NCBI GenBank assembly: GCA_000165425.1
Contig: CT868672.1
Location: 240,048 to 304,047 of the forward strand
Source of the DNA: Paramecium tetraurelia
Lineage: Eukaryota
DNA length: 64,000 bases
Direction: 5' to 3'
Shown here: piece by piece, positions 24,588 to 36,325 of the stretch
How positions within the stretch are numbered: the first letter of the stretch is position 1
Layout of the letters: the number at the start of each line of letters is the position of its first letter
Program-made: the position numbers and the translations under genes
The notes under the pieces: generated by a model
The model's database searches: none
What the model saw: the letters and a program-made list of their open reading frames with translations, nothing else
Told to the model about the DNA's origin: nothing

Positions 24588-25309
24588 TCATCTTCTTCTC
24601 CTTCTATGACTCTAACTTGGACTTCTCGAAGGGGATTTTGAAATCGATCTTCTTTTGTAATGTCGTCGACGACTAAGAAACATTGATAAATTGGGCACCT
24701 ATGATGTCTTCTACGACTGCTTGAGTAAGAGTCAGACGATATAGATCTTCTTCTTCTATGTGATCTGGATCGAGAGCGACGGTAGGCATAACCAGCATAG
24801 CGACCTGGGGTCTTTCTTCTTGGCTCAGCTCTTTTTGATACTTCCACTTTAATTTTCGATCCATGCAATTCTTTGTCTTGCATTGCTTCTAGAGCTATTT
24901 GGACAGTTTCCTTTTTGGCAAATTTAACGAATCCGAAACCTCTAGATACTTTGCCAGGGCTAGTGGAAATAATTGATAAGGAAATTACTACCCCTTGCTT
25001 CGGGGCTCCATGCAGACAGTGGCATATTCAATTTGGCCATACTTCTCGAAGGTTTCTTTCAACTCGGTGTCGGTAACTCTCTTGGACAAATTGGAGACAT
25101 GGAGGCATAATTTTTCTAGATGTTGATAATGTTGAAGTAGTTGATAGTGAGGTATTTTGAATGTTGATATATGATGTGTGATTAACCTTAATTTGGATGT
25201 GAATTTGATTTCGATTTTGGACTTGGACTCTGATGTTAACTCTTGGATGGACTGCTTCCTAAAGAGTATAAATATTAAAATTACGACTGGACTTAGATGA
25301 TTTGGACAT
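24588..25309 (-). CDS. TRA2: Tra2-like SR splicing factor (S-rich N-terminus, RRM, RS domain)
   Basis: RNP2 CLHVSNL, RNP1 RGFGFVKF, Tra2-type linker SKRAEPRRKTPGRYAG, RS tail; four introns (26, 71, 29 or 32, 26 nt). Confidence 0.8.
25116..25186 (-). promoter_or_regulatory. Unusually long 71-nt intron rich in UCAAC motifs (candidate splicing-regulatory element)
   Basis: GT...AG removal is needed to join ...SHPNQ to EKLCLHVSNL in frame; the sequence has no internal G. Confidence 0.7.
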
Positions 25310-25466
25310 CACTCAATAATAATAATTATTAATAAATATAAATAGTTATTTCAAATTTCAATTACAATTCAATCAAACCTCTTCTTAAAAATATTAAGCA
25401 AGCATAAATAACTCACGCTCCTAATTTTATTTAGTTTTCTATTTGATATTATTAATAATATAATTA

Positions 25467-26443
25467 ATGAGTAGGGAAGATTATATGATTTCTGAATTGA
25501 TAGATGTAACAAATCTGTACGAATGTCTTTTGCTTTCCGCTTTTACGATAATAGGACTATGGCTTATTTGGGTAATTTGGAGTGATTATCAATCCACCAG
25601 AAGAATTTATATCAAGAGGGAATAAGAAAAAAGAGATATGTTGGCAATTAAGAGACTTCTGCTAATAAATATATGTGCGCAAACATTTTCTTATTTTATT
25701 GAATGTGTAGGTTATGCTTTCATTAAAGATTGCCAAAATAACAACTACTATATTATTTCTATAATTTATTTTATCTGCAATGTGACATATGTGACATCAT
25801 TATAGATTTGTTGTTGGAAATCAACATTAATATGGTAATGACATCACTAAACCTTAGGGGTGAACTAATATTACTAAAATTAAGCATTTAGAGTTCTATT
25901 TTTGATTTTGTAAAGAAATATTCCATAATTGAAATATTAATTGTTATTATGAATCTATGCATCGGTCTATTTTATTTCTTATAAGTAAAAAGGTAATTTG
26001 TATTTTAATCTTTAGTATAGTAAATCTTATAGTGTCCATTATTTCAACATTAATGCTGGTATTATTTCTGATGGTTTCATTTTTCTTTTAGAAATACATC
26101 ATTTTAATTCAAAATGAAATTCCGAATTTAACTAAACGCAGAGTAATTTATGACAATAACTTAGATTTTTATTAGCATCATCCTATTGTCAAGCGCGTTA
26201 GGTCTGAGAATCTGTTGGAACCTCTTCCTAATGATTCAATAAGACAACTTAATAATAGTGTTGAAATATGGATCCAAAGGTTCGTTTTCATGTTCAACAG
26301 AAGGCTCATTAAGTTGGTTTTTCTATGAGCTACTATATTTTCCTATCGCAAATCTGATCCCAGTGTTTTTATTTAATCGAATTTACTCTCAGCATAGAAT
26401 AACTCCATAAAGTCAAATAAATAGATTGATTGATGAAGAATGA
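25467..26443 (+). CDS. Multi-pass (about 7 TM) membrane protein
   Basis: Hydrophobic segments separated by tiny introns; ends ...WFFYELLYFPIANLIPVFLFNRIYSQH...IDEE*. Confidence 0.7.
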
Positions 26444-26721
26444 TTAGATCTTTACTAGTGGTTTTAATAAAGTCTGATTGATATATATAATTAAAACATA
26501 GAATAAGAGAAAATAAGAATATATTATTAATCTCAAATTAATTTTGTCATCTCTCTTCCATATCCATCAAATTATGATGATGTAATTGTAATGTTATTAA
26601 AGTGAGAATTATGTATAAATAGAATCTACCAAAGGACATAGATTTGCAATGAACTGATATATATTCATCAAATTGAAATTACATTATAAATTAATAAGGA
26701 TGTCATAATATAAATTATCAA

Positions 26722-28215
26722 ATGAATACAGATCCCATACCTCCACCTAAAGAATATGTGATTCCTGAGGATTTTCATTAGAACATAAGAACTCGATTCC
26801 TCAACTTCTTTCGTTACACTGTGGGAGATAAAGCAAAGAATAGCGTAATTATGCTGATGGGAGCATGCAAAATCAATAAGCATGATGAAGGTATCTCAAT
26901 AGTGACATTGTAGATTAATAGTATAGAGTGGAGTAGGAGAGTAATTTCCATTATTTGTTTGGAGTAGACTTTCTTAATTGTTATGCAATAATAGATGTAG
27001 ATAATGGTAAATCAGTTGTCTTTGTGCCCTAATATGATTCCAATTATAAGATGTGGAATGTTGTGTTGAACAATGAAGAAATTAAATAAAAATTTAAATT
27101 AGATGAAGTGTTATATAATGATGACATAGAATCTTGGTTGAGCAATAGAAAACCATCGTTAATTTATTATTTTTATGGAATTGATGATTATTCTCATCAC
27201 TCATTACCCATACCTGAATAATCATTCTTACAAAAATTATAACTCTGATTATGATGAGTTATACTATATCCTTACAGAGTGTAGAGTAAGAAAGACACCA
27301 TAAGAATAAGATATCATGAGATTCATTTGCAAAATTAGCAGTGAAGCTCATGAATTGGTTATAAAAAACATAAGGAAAGGAAACAAAGAGTATTAAATGG
27401 AAGCTCTTTATTAATATCATACATTTATAAACCATGGTTGTCGTTTTACACCATACGAATGTATCTGTGCATCTGGCACAAATGGTTCTGTGTTGCACTA
27501 CGAAGAAAACTCGAAAACGATATAGGAAAGAGAACTGATATTAAATGATATGGGAGGCAAGTTCTATGGCTATTGTAGTGACATTACCGTAACTTTTCCT
27601 AGCGATGGGAGATTCACATAAAAATAAGCTATTATTTATAATGCTGTTCTTGATGCTCAAAGACAAGTGCATAATTCATTAAAAGTAGGAGTAAATTGGG
27701 GAGACATGCAATTATTGGCAGAAAGAACTATCACCAAACATCTGTTTAATGCAGGATTAATAAAGGGATCAATGGAGGATCTTATTAAAAATAGTATATG
27801 TAGATTATTCTTCACACATGGACTTGGTCATATGTTGGGGTTAAGAACTCACGATGTCGGAGGATACAATAAGGGTACTCCTCCAAGATTACCAGGTAAT
27901 ATCATATTATTAATTTAATTAGAATTATCTTAATTGCAGTTTCGTAGAGATTTGGATGTAGGAATGATATTTACTAATGAACCTGGAATATATTTCATTG
28001 ATTTTATCTTACAAGAAGCTTATAAAGACCCTAATAAGTTGAAGTATTTGAATAGAGAAAGAATTGAAGAATTTATGCATGTAGGAGGTGTGAGACTAGA
28101 AGATGATATATTATTGACAGCTAACGGCCCAGAAATACTTAATGATGTACCCAGAACTATTAAGTAAGTTGAGGCATGTTGGCGAGGTGAAGATTGGAGA
28201 CAAATAAATGATTGA
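26722..28215 (+). CDS. PEPD: Xaa-Pro dipeptidase (prolidase, peptidase M24B)
   Basis: Metal-binding motifs [46 protein letters not shown]. Confidence 0.95.
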
Positions 28216-28377
28216 ATTAATATTTAAAATTGATTGTATTTCAATGCTTTAGCAGTTATTATTTTGTAAAGAGATGCTTTTAATGTGTGAATCTAAATTG
28301 GCAATGATAAAGACTTAACTTATTAGATGTGATTCTTAAAGTAAACATCTTATAATCATTCAATGCATATATAAATT

Positions 28378-28922
28378 TCATAATTCGATCTCCATGAATT
28401 TAACATATTAGTGCAAGCCAAAATACAAATAAGATATCTTGAATACTACTATTATTATCACAGTACACATAAAATACAATTGCCAAATAGTTTATGCCAA
28501 TTGGCCTTCTTCTTGCAAGTCTTTTAAAGCATCTTGCTTGTTCTCCTCATTTTGATATGCTGTTAATTTAGTCAGTTCTTCTTAAAAATTGTAATAATAA
28601 ATTTATACTAATTAGCCTACACTATAAAGGAGTATTAATAAATAAATGTGATAATATATGTATCTATTCAAGTTTTTATTGCTTCTGAAAAACAACACTA
28701 TTAATTGGATGACATAGGATGCTGTAAAAATCATATAGAATGCCAATGATATTCCAATGGATTAGTAAACCATTTTGATTGAGCAGAAAAGTCATTCACT
28801 AGTTTGTAAGAGTAGTTGCTCTGATTTTGCAATATTTCTTAGATTGAGTATTGCAATCGATTAAAATACAGTATTATTGTGATGTGATGTAGTGCAATTA
28901 AAAGTTATTTTAAGTTAAACAT
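28378..28922 (-). pseudogene. Possible small membrane-protein gene or frameshifted remnant
   Basis: 131-codon frame 28773-28378 with about 3 hydrophobic segments; an upstream ATG at 28922 reads in a different frame with no usable intron. Confidence 0.3.
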
Positions 28923-28932
28923 TTTTAATTAA

Positions 28933-31900
28933 ATGAAATAACCATTTATAAATCACAATTATAGGGTTTAATTTAAGCATCCTATCAACATACAATAAGA
29001 AGGTCTCATATAAGAAATAATACCCAGTCGCATTTCACTTTTCAAAACTATTGTATTTGCCTTCCTATCCCTCATCACTTGTGGCTTACTCTATTTAGTT
29101 ACAAGGTGGGACTTAAGAATTTTCCTATTTTTCCGTGCCAAGAAGTGTGTTCCCAATTCCGCAACTCACTTTTTGATAATAGGTCAAGGTAAGCAAATTC
29201 GTTAATCTCTTTTAGATTAATCCCAAACCCTGGTTAAATCGAATCGTTCCAAAGATGGAATTTTGTTTATTGAATATCGATTATATAGGTACTAATACAC
29301 AGAATTTGGATTCGATCCTATAGAAACTAAATATCAGACTATGGTCTAGTAAGATATCAGGCAGTAAACGATAAATCGAATTGAGTAGCTGGACATATTT
29401 GGATGCAATAACACTGAAATTCCAGACAAAGGAATCGCAAAGACTCTTATTGATGAAGTCTTGAGCCCGTTCTATATCTTTTAGGTATTTATCAATGAAA
29501 TTGTAGTTTTGTTCTGTGCTGTTGTGGTTTTGGGCATCATATCAGCGATATGCAACAGTAATTTTAATTACATCATTAATTTCAATATTTATGACACTTT
29601 ACGAATAAAGAAGGAGTTTCTATCGCTTATAGTAATTGTCCAAATTTAACATTCCAGTCCAAATAATAGATGAACAATAAGTGAAGGAAATTGAATCCAC
29701 AAACTTAGTACCTGGTGATAAGTTGGTAATAAAGGATGGTATGATAATGCCATGTGATGCGATTCTATTAAATGGTTAGGTCATATTTAATGAAGCTATG
29801 TTAACAGGAGAATCCATCCCTGTTTTGAAGACTGAACTTCCAAATAATAAAGAAGTTTATGATCCTTAAGATTCAGGCAAATAATTTACCTTGTTTGCAG
29901 GAACAACCTGTATGGAAACAAAAGGTTCAGAAGTAATTGCTTTAGTTACTCAAACAGCATTTAATACTCAGAAAGGACAATTAATTAGATCGATAATGTT
30001 TCCAGTTTAGAACTCATTTAAATTTTATGCTGATTCAATGAAATTTGTCGGAATAATGGCAATTTTAGCAGTGATTGGGTTCATAATAACAGTGCCTAAT
30101 AAAATTGAATATCTCTTGGATGATTCAATATCAACTTGGGAATTCATCAATGAAGGTCTGGATTTGATTACAATTACTGTTCCGCCAGCATTGCCAACTT
30201 GTTTACAAATAGGTATAAGTATAGCCTTGGCAAGATTGAAGAGTTCTAAAATATTTTGCATTTCACCTTAAAAAGTGAACATCAGCGGAAAAGTAACCAT
30301 AATGTGTTTTGATAAGACAGGCACTCTAACAGAAGAAGGATTGGATATGTATGGTATTCGAATGATAGAGAATCAGAGATTTTCAAAGATTGTAACATCA
30401 ATTGATGCTAATACTGATGTTAATTTTATCAAAGGAATGGCTACTTGTCATGGGTTATCGTAAGTGAAAGGTAAGTTAGTGGGTGATCCATTGGAATTGA
30501 AGATGTTTGAGTCCACAAATTGTGAATTGATAGAAGAGAAGGATGGTAGAATAAGGATTAGAAATAATGATAGAATCAATGTGGAAATAATGAAGAGATT
30601 CGAGTTTTCATCCAAATTACAGAGAATGTCAGTGATAGTTAAAGAGAATGGATAATACATCGCATATATGAAGGGATCGCCTGAGAAGTTAAGATAGTTG
30701 TGTAACAATTAGTCGATTCCGTATAATTTCCATTAAGTGTTGGATTTTTATGCTCTGAATGGATTTCGAGTATTAGGAATGGCATAAAAGTAAGTATAAT
30801 CAATAGATATGGATCGCCATGAAGTAGAATCAAATTTAAACTTTATAGGGTTTATTATAATGGAAAACAAATTGAAACCAATTACAACCAAGATTATCAA
30901 GTAGTTGAAGGATTCTCACATCAGATCAATAATGGTTACTGGTGATAATGTATTAACTGCTATTAGTGTGGCAAGATAATGTGGATTGATTGAAAATTAG
31001 AGAGTGTATTTGGGAGAATTGAGTGAGAAGAAACTGAATGGAAAGTATTATGTATCTTGGAAAGACTTTGAATATAATTAGAATGAATTGAACGAAGACA
31101 CTTTAGAACCACAATAATAAATAATTAATAATCTGAATGAAATCGAAAAGGATGTAGATGTTCAGTAAGACTTCGAATATTTAAATTAGAGATCATTCTC
31201 TAAAAATTTAGTGAAAAATAAATCTTTGCTGGAAGATCCACCTCCTGTGAACGTTTAAGTTGATAATATTAGTGAAATTTATACTGACGGAGATTTCATG
31301 GAAGAACAACCATGGAATGAAAATGAGAATTACATTTTAGCTATTTCAGGTGGTGCATTTATGCATTTAAATAAATATGGATCATAAGCAACTCTTAATA
31401 ATATTCTTGAAAAAACAATTGTCTATGCTAGAATGCGACCAGAAGAAAAAGCTAATTTAATTTAATAGTTATAGAAACATAAATCATTGCCTTTAATAGG
31501 GTTCTGCGGAGATGGTGCTAACGATTGCGGAGCCTTGAAAACTGCTGATGCAGGAATTTCATTATCATAAGCTGAAGCCTCAATCGCTGCACCATTTACC
31601 AGTCAAATCTAAGACATCTCATGTGTTCCAATTTTATTAGCTCAAGGCAGAGCAGCCTTGACTACTTCATTCTGCTGTTTCAAGTTTATGGCATTATATT
31701 CAATGATCCAATTCATCTAAGTGACTATACTCTATCTAAAGCAATCAAATTTAACAGATAATCAATATCTTTACAACGATCTATTTACTATATTCCCTTT
31801 AAGTATGACTATGGGGTTAGTCTAGGCAGCTAAAATCAATAAATTTGTACCAGGATCTTCATTAATAAGTTTCTCTGTATTGGGTTCAGTTATAGGACAA

Positions 31901-32401
31901 ACTATTATTTAATTGGCTTTTCAATTGGGAGTCTATTTACTATTGTTGAATTAATCGTGGTTCATTCCAAATGAATAACTGAATCAAGAGGATCTCAATG
32001 ATGATTCCATGAAGATTTGTTTTGAAAATACAACCCTGTTTATCTTTGGCAATTTCTAATACCTTATGATAGCCTTGGCCTATTCAAATGGAAAACCTTT
32101 CAGAAAACCATTCTATACCAATTTCTATTTCATAGGAAGTACAATATTTCTATTCATTCTTGCCATTGTGTTTCTTCTGATGAGAATTGATTATATTGAC
32201 GACATTATGGGGGTATACTTTCCATTTTTATATTTATAGTTCATTTTCTAGAGTTACGATGATCAATACATTATGCCTGAATCCTGGACGACTCTGTTAG
32301 GCATTATAGCTATCATTAATGCTGGAATTACATTTATTTATGAAAAGCTTGTTGTTCCAAAATTAGTGTTCAAAACAAAAGTGCAATCAATACAATTCTG
32401 A
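28933..32401 (+). CDS. P5B-type ATPase (ATP13A2/3-like, putative polyamine transporter)
   Basis: [36 protein letters not shown] motifs; TGA at 32399-32401. Confidence 0.95.
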
Positions 32402-32421
32402 AATATTCATAATATTTATTA

Positions 32422-33394
32422 ATGATTTAATAATCCGGCATCTCATTTCAAAGTCGTCAAGTATAATTGAGGGACCAAATCAATATGCTTGAACAGAGAG
32501 CTTAAGAGATCATTTAAGACATTAAAAAAGTATAATCTAATTCCATTATTAGAAAAGGAAAATATAAGGAGGACAAGATAGATAAATAAAATTAAAAACA
32601 CTTCAAAATCAAATTGATAAAATGAAATAATTGAATGATGATTTGTTGCACTTATCCATTGATGTAAAATATATTTATATCTCATTTAGGAGAAAAAATG
32701 GAATAAATTTTTGAACCTTTTGGAAATCATGTATTAAAATCTAGATAACCCAGAACACGAATAAGAAATTAATTAAGTAAATTGAATGTCGATTCCCTAG
32801 TTAATCACTCAATTATATTAAACTAAAATTGTATAAACCGTATGGAATGACAGAGTCCTATTGCCCAATAGATAAACCATTGAACCATTTGATCAAAAAG
32901 CAGCAACTCAACAAGCTTAATTAGTAGATTAAAATTCAGCTGCTTATAAAATTAAAATGATGGACTTTAGTTACGCTGATAGGCCCTAGAAAAATGATTA
33001 TTATTAGCCTCCTACTTTTAAAGAAAAATTGAATCTAAACAGCTTGTTACCCAAATACAAAATGTTGCCGCATTCAGTTTTCAGTTAACTCAGCAGTGAC
33101 ACATTGTTCTATGTCTTTTATTATCATAAGGAGCCTACTGAATAATTGATGGCAGCAAGAGAATTGATTAAGAATTAATGGATATACAACACCAAACATG
33201 GATTGTGGATGAAGAAGGATAAGCATTACCAATATGTAATATGAAATAATATGATATAGAAAGACGAAGAAAATGATAAAGTTATTAAAGGACCTTTCTT
33301 TTATTTTGAGAATGAGGGAAAGTGGTAACAGAAAAAAAAATAGGACTTTTCATTTAAGAAAAAGCATCTAATATAATATGAGTTAATTTAATGA
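32422..33394 (+). CDS. NOT2/NOT3/NOT5-domain protein (CCR4-NOT module)
   Basis: NOT-box FSQLSSDTLFYVFYY...QLMAARELIKNQWIYNTKHGLW...GPFFYFENEGKW; short coiled-coil N-terminus; start could alternatively be the ATG near 32484. Confidence 0.8.
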
Positions 33395-33666
33395 GTTTAT
33401 GGTTGTCATCTTAAGAAATACTCTTACATTTCTATTAATATATATTAATAAAAACAATTATATATTCATATTATATATATTCTACAATTTACTACTAATC
33501 TATTAGATCTAAACTATAGTAGCCTTAGAACAATTTAAATATCTATATATATATGGATATATAATAAATTGTAAAGATCATTATAATCATCTTTTTAAAA
33601 AGGAATAGAAATATTATAATGACATCTTTAAATTTAAAAATATTTTTGATACTGTAATAATATACA

Positions 33667-34552
33667 TCATTAACTTGTTTTTTTGAGTTCTTCTATTTCA
33701 ATTGCTTTCTTTAAAGCCTCTTATTAATGTCTAGACTTGATTCCGACTTGACCTCCTCCTATGGTTCTCAATAATTCATGATTCTCATTGTAATGTTATC
33801 TTAAATCTCTAGCCTTAATATATTGTATAATTTTATACTAAATTATCAAATTCAGCTTAATCCTCTTTTCTCACATCAGTCAATGCAACACAAGTAGCTG
33901 TTTTTTGATGAACCAAAGCGCCCAATCTAGCCTTGTCTAGGAAATGAATAAAAATATATATGTACTTTTAACAAATGCAAATGGTACTTCTTATCTTCTG
34001 CATAATTATGGTAACCAGACGACTAATTCAATTGGGTCGACATCATAAGCAATCAAAACTAATTTGGCCTTTTTTGTTTCAACCAAAGTTGTCACATGAT
34101 TCAATCCAAATTTAAGAACATTTACTTTTTTAGAATCGGTTTTTTAATTTTAAGTTTTTTGTTCTGCAGCTTTGATTAATCTTTGCTTCTTCTCAGTCTT
34201 GGTTTCAGGGGAGTATTTTTTCAATAAAGAATAAACTTTGGAACCTGATGTTAAAAATGTTATTTACTTTAATTTTTATCTAGTGTTTTGCTGAATTAAT
34301 GAATAGCTGCAGGTACTTTAATTCTTTGCAATAAAATCTTTTTTTATCTATGGAGAAGGATGTAACGAGGCCATCTCACATATCTAGATAAATCACGCTT
34401 TGGTTGAACATCATTTCCAATTCTAAAACTCTTAGCATCCTTAACAAAGAGAGGATTCTTCTTTCTGTCTGCGATCTTCTTGGAAATTTTCTTTGATTTA
34501 TTGGTCTTTGGTGCTTTAGGCTTTTGTATAATAGATGAAATATTCATACCAT
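33667..34552 (-). CDS. RPL7A: 60S ribosomal protein L7a (eL8)
   Basis: [63 protein letters not shown]; intron immediately after the ATG. Confidence 0.97.
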
Positions 34553-34612
34553 AGTTAATGAAAATCTTTTAATATAATTTTTGAAAAAATTAGGAAATTA
34601 AAATCATTAAAA

Positions 34613-36116
34613 TCATAGATAAGATAAAGTAGCTGCAACAACAAGTTTCTTATTCTTCTCAATTCTCTGAAAAGTAGGATGTTATTCATTGATATATCCT
34701 TTCAAAATAGCAATAGACTTTTCAAAAGACAACTTGGCACTCTTAAATTTCATTCTGTCCAAATATACCAAGGCTAGATTGTTTAGCACCAGAGCTAATC
34801 CAATATTTTAGGAGTCTCTATAAATTTGGTATTGTAAACATACCCATATAAGCAAACGATTTATTCATAGAGTTCCATGGCATTGATGCTATTTCCTTAG
34901 AGATGGTTGATCACACCCTATAAATTTAGAATCTTGATGATGGTTAGATCCTTTTCTCCATATCTATTTGAAATTGATATTGCGATGATTTTATTACAAT
35001 TTAATGAATCCTTCTTTGGATTGATCCAAGTATTCCAAGGCAAAATCGTATTCCTTTTCTAGATAGTAAATACATCCCAAAGTATAATAAGCATCGTATA
35101 TTTTTGGATCGGAATTAGAGAGTTTAGTCTACAAAATTGACAAGCCTTCATAACAGATCTTTTTGGCATCAGCAAAATCATCTGTTTTTTAGTATAATAT
35201 AGATTACTTAGCAAGGCATAAACAAATGAGATTTTAATTAATAATTTTGCAACTTCCAACTTCCAATTCACTTATTCATATTGAATTAATGCTTTAGTAT
35301 AATTATCTAGACACTACAAATATTAATTATTGGATAAGTTGCATTATGCTTTTGCAATATATATTTTGCATTTTAAATCAAAGTCATTGATTTCGAATTA
35401 ATTTAAACATTTGTCTAAACATCTAGAATTCAGAATTTCATTATTACTTTTAAGACTCACTGAATTGTCCAAACTCCATTAAAAGTTGAGATGCATAACA
35501 CAGTGATTAAATGCAGATTATAATTAATACAGAAATCTACTATTAATCCTGGCATTATTTTAATTTCTCATTTCCTTCTTTATATGCATCCATCATCTTC
35601 TCCAGAGCCATTTTGGAATTACCATCTCTCATAAATGACAACCCGATTTGAATCTTTTGACTCAATAAATTGTCCTTCAGCAAATGTTCAAAATTGTTAA
35701 TTTAGTTAGAATATAAGGAAATTTGATCATCATCAGATTTTTCAGTCCTTTGCTCATCCTGATTCTATTCAGGAGTTTCATTTTGGGTTGGAGGGATAGT
35801 TAATTTGTTTTTCATTTTGATACTAGAATGCGAAGACGTTGAAGAACCTTGTTTATCATTATTCTCGGTTTGCTCAGAACTTTAACTAATCTATTATTAT
35901 GCTTAATTATACTATATCCATAGGTTTGTGTTGTTTAGAAAATAAATCATTTTTCTTTTATTGCAAAGGAGCCAATCCAAATTTATGTTATTTTTTAATC
36001 ACTATACTGACTTTGAAACCATTTTATATCTTCTTTTACAAAAATCTCGCAGTCTTATCAATTCCTTCCTATTCTTGCTATAATTCATGAAAATCTAATA
36101 TTTCGAACTCTTCCAT
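34613..36116 (-). CDS. Tetratricopeptide-repeat protein
   Basis: TPR-like helices such as LALVLNNLALVYLDRMKFKSAKLSFEKSIAIL and AYYTLGCIYLE. Confidence 0.75.
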
Positions 36117-36325
36117 TGCACAATAATTATTTTTATTAATACATCAAAATATCATATCAATTAATCTTAAAGTCTAAATCCATTTTGGTCATTTTCATAT
36201 CTCCATTTTAAATAATAAAGATCAGTAATACTTTTGTTGTTATTAAATACAACGAAGATTGAATCAAACTATTTGATTCTAAATGATATGAAGAATTTAA
36301 ATAAAATTATATATTATGATACTAA

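Noticed and set aside
24961..24990. TA-bounded 28-bp segment with short inverted ends resembling a retained IES
   Set aside because: Removing 28 bp does not restore the RRM frame, whereas 29- or 32-nt GT-AG splicing does; the ends also do not match TAYAGYNR well
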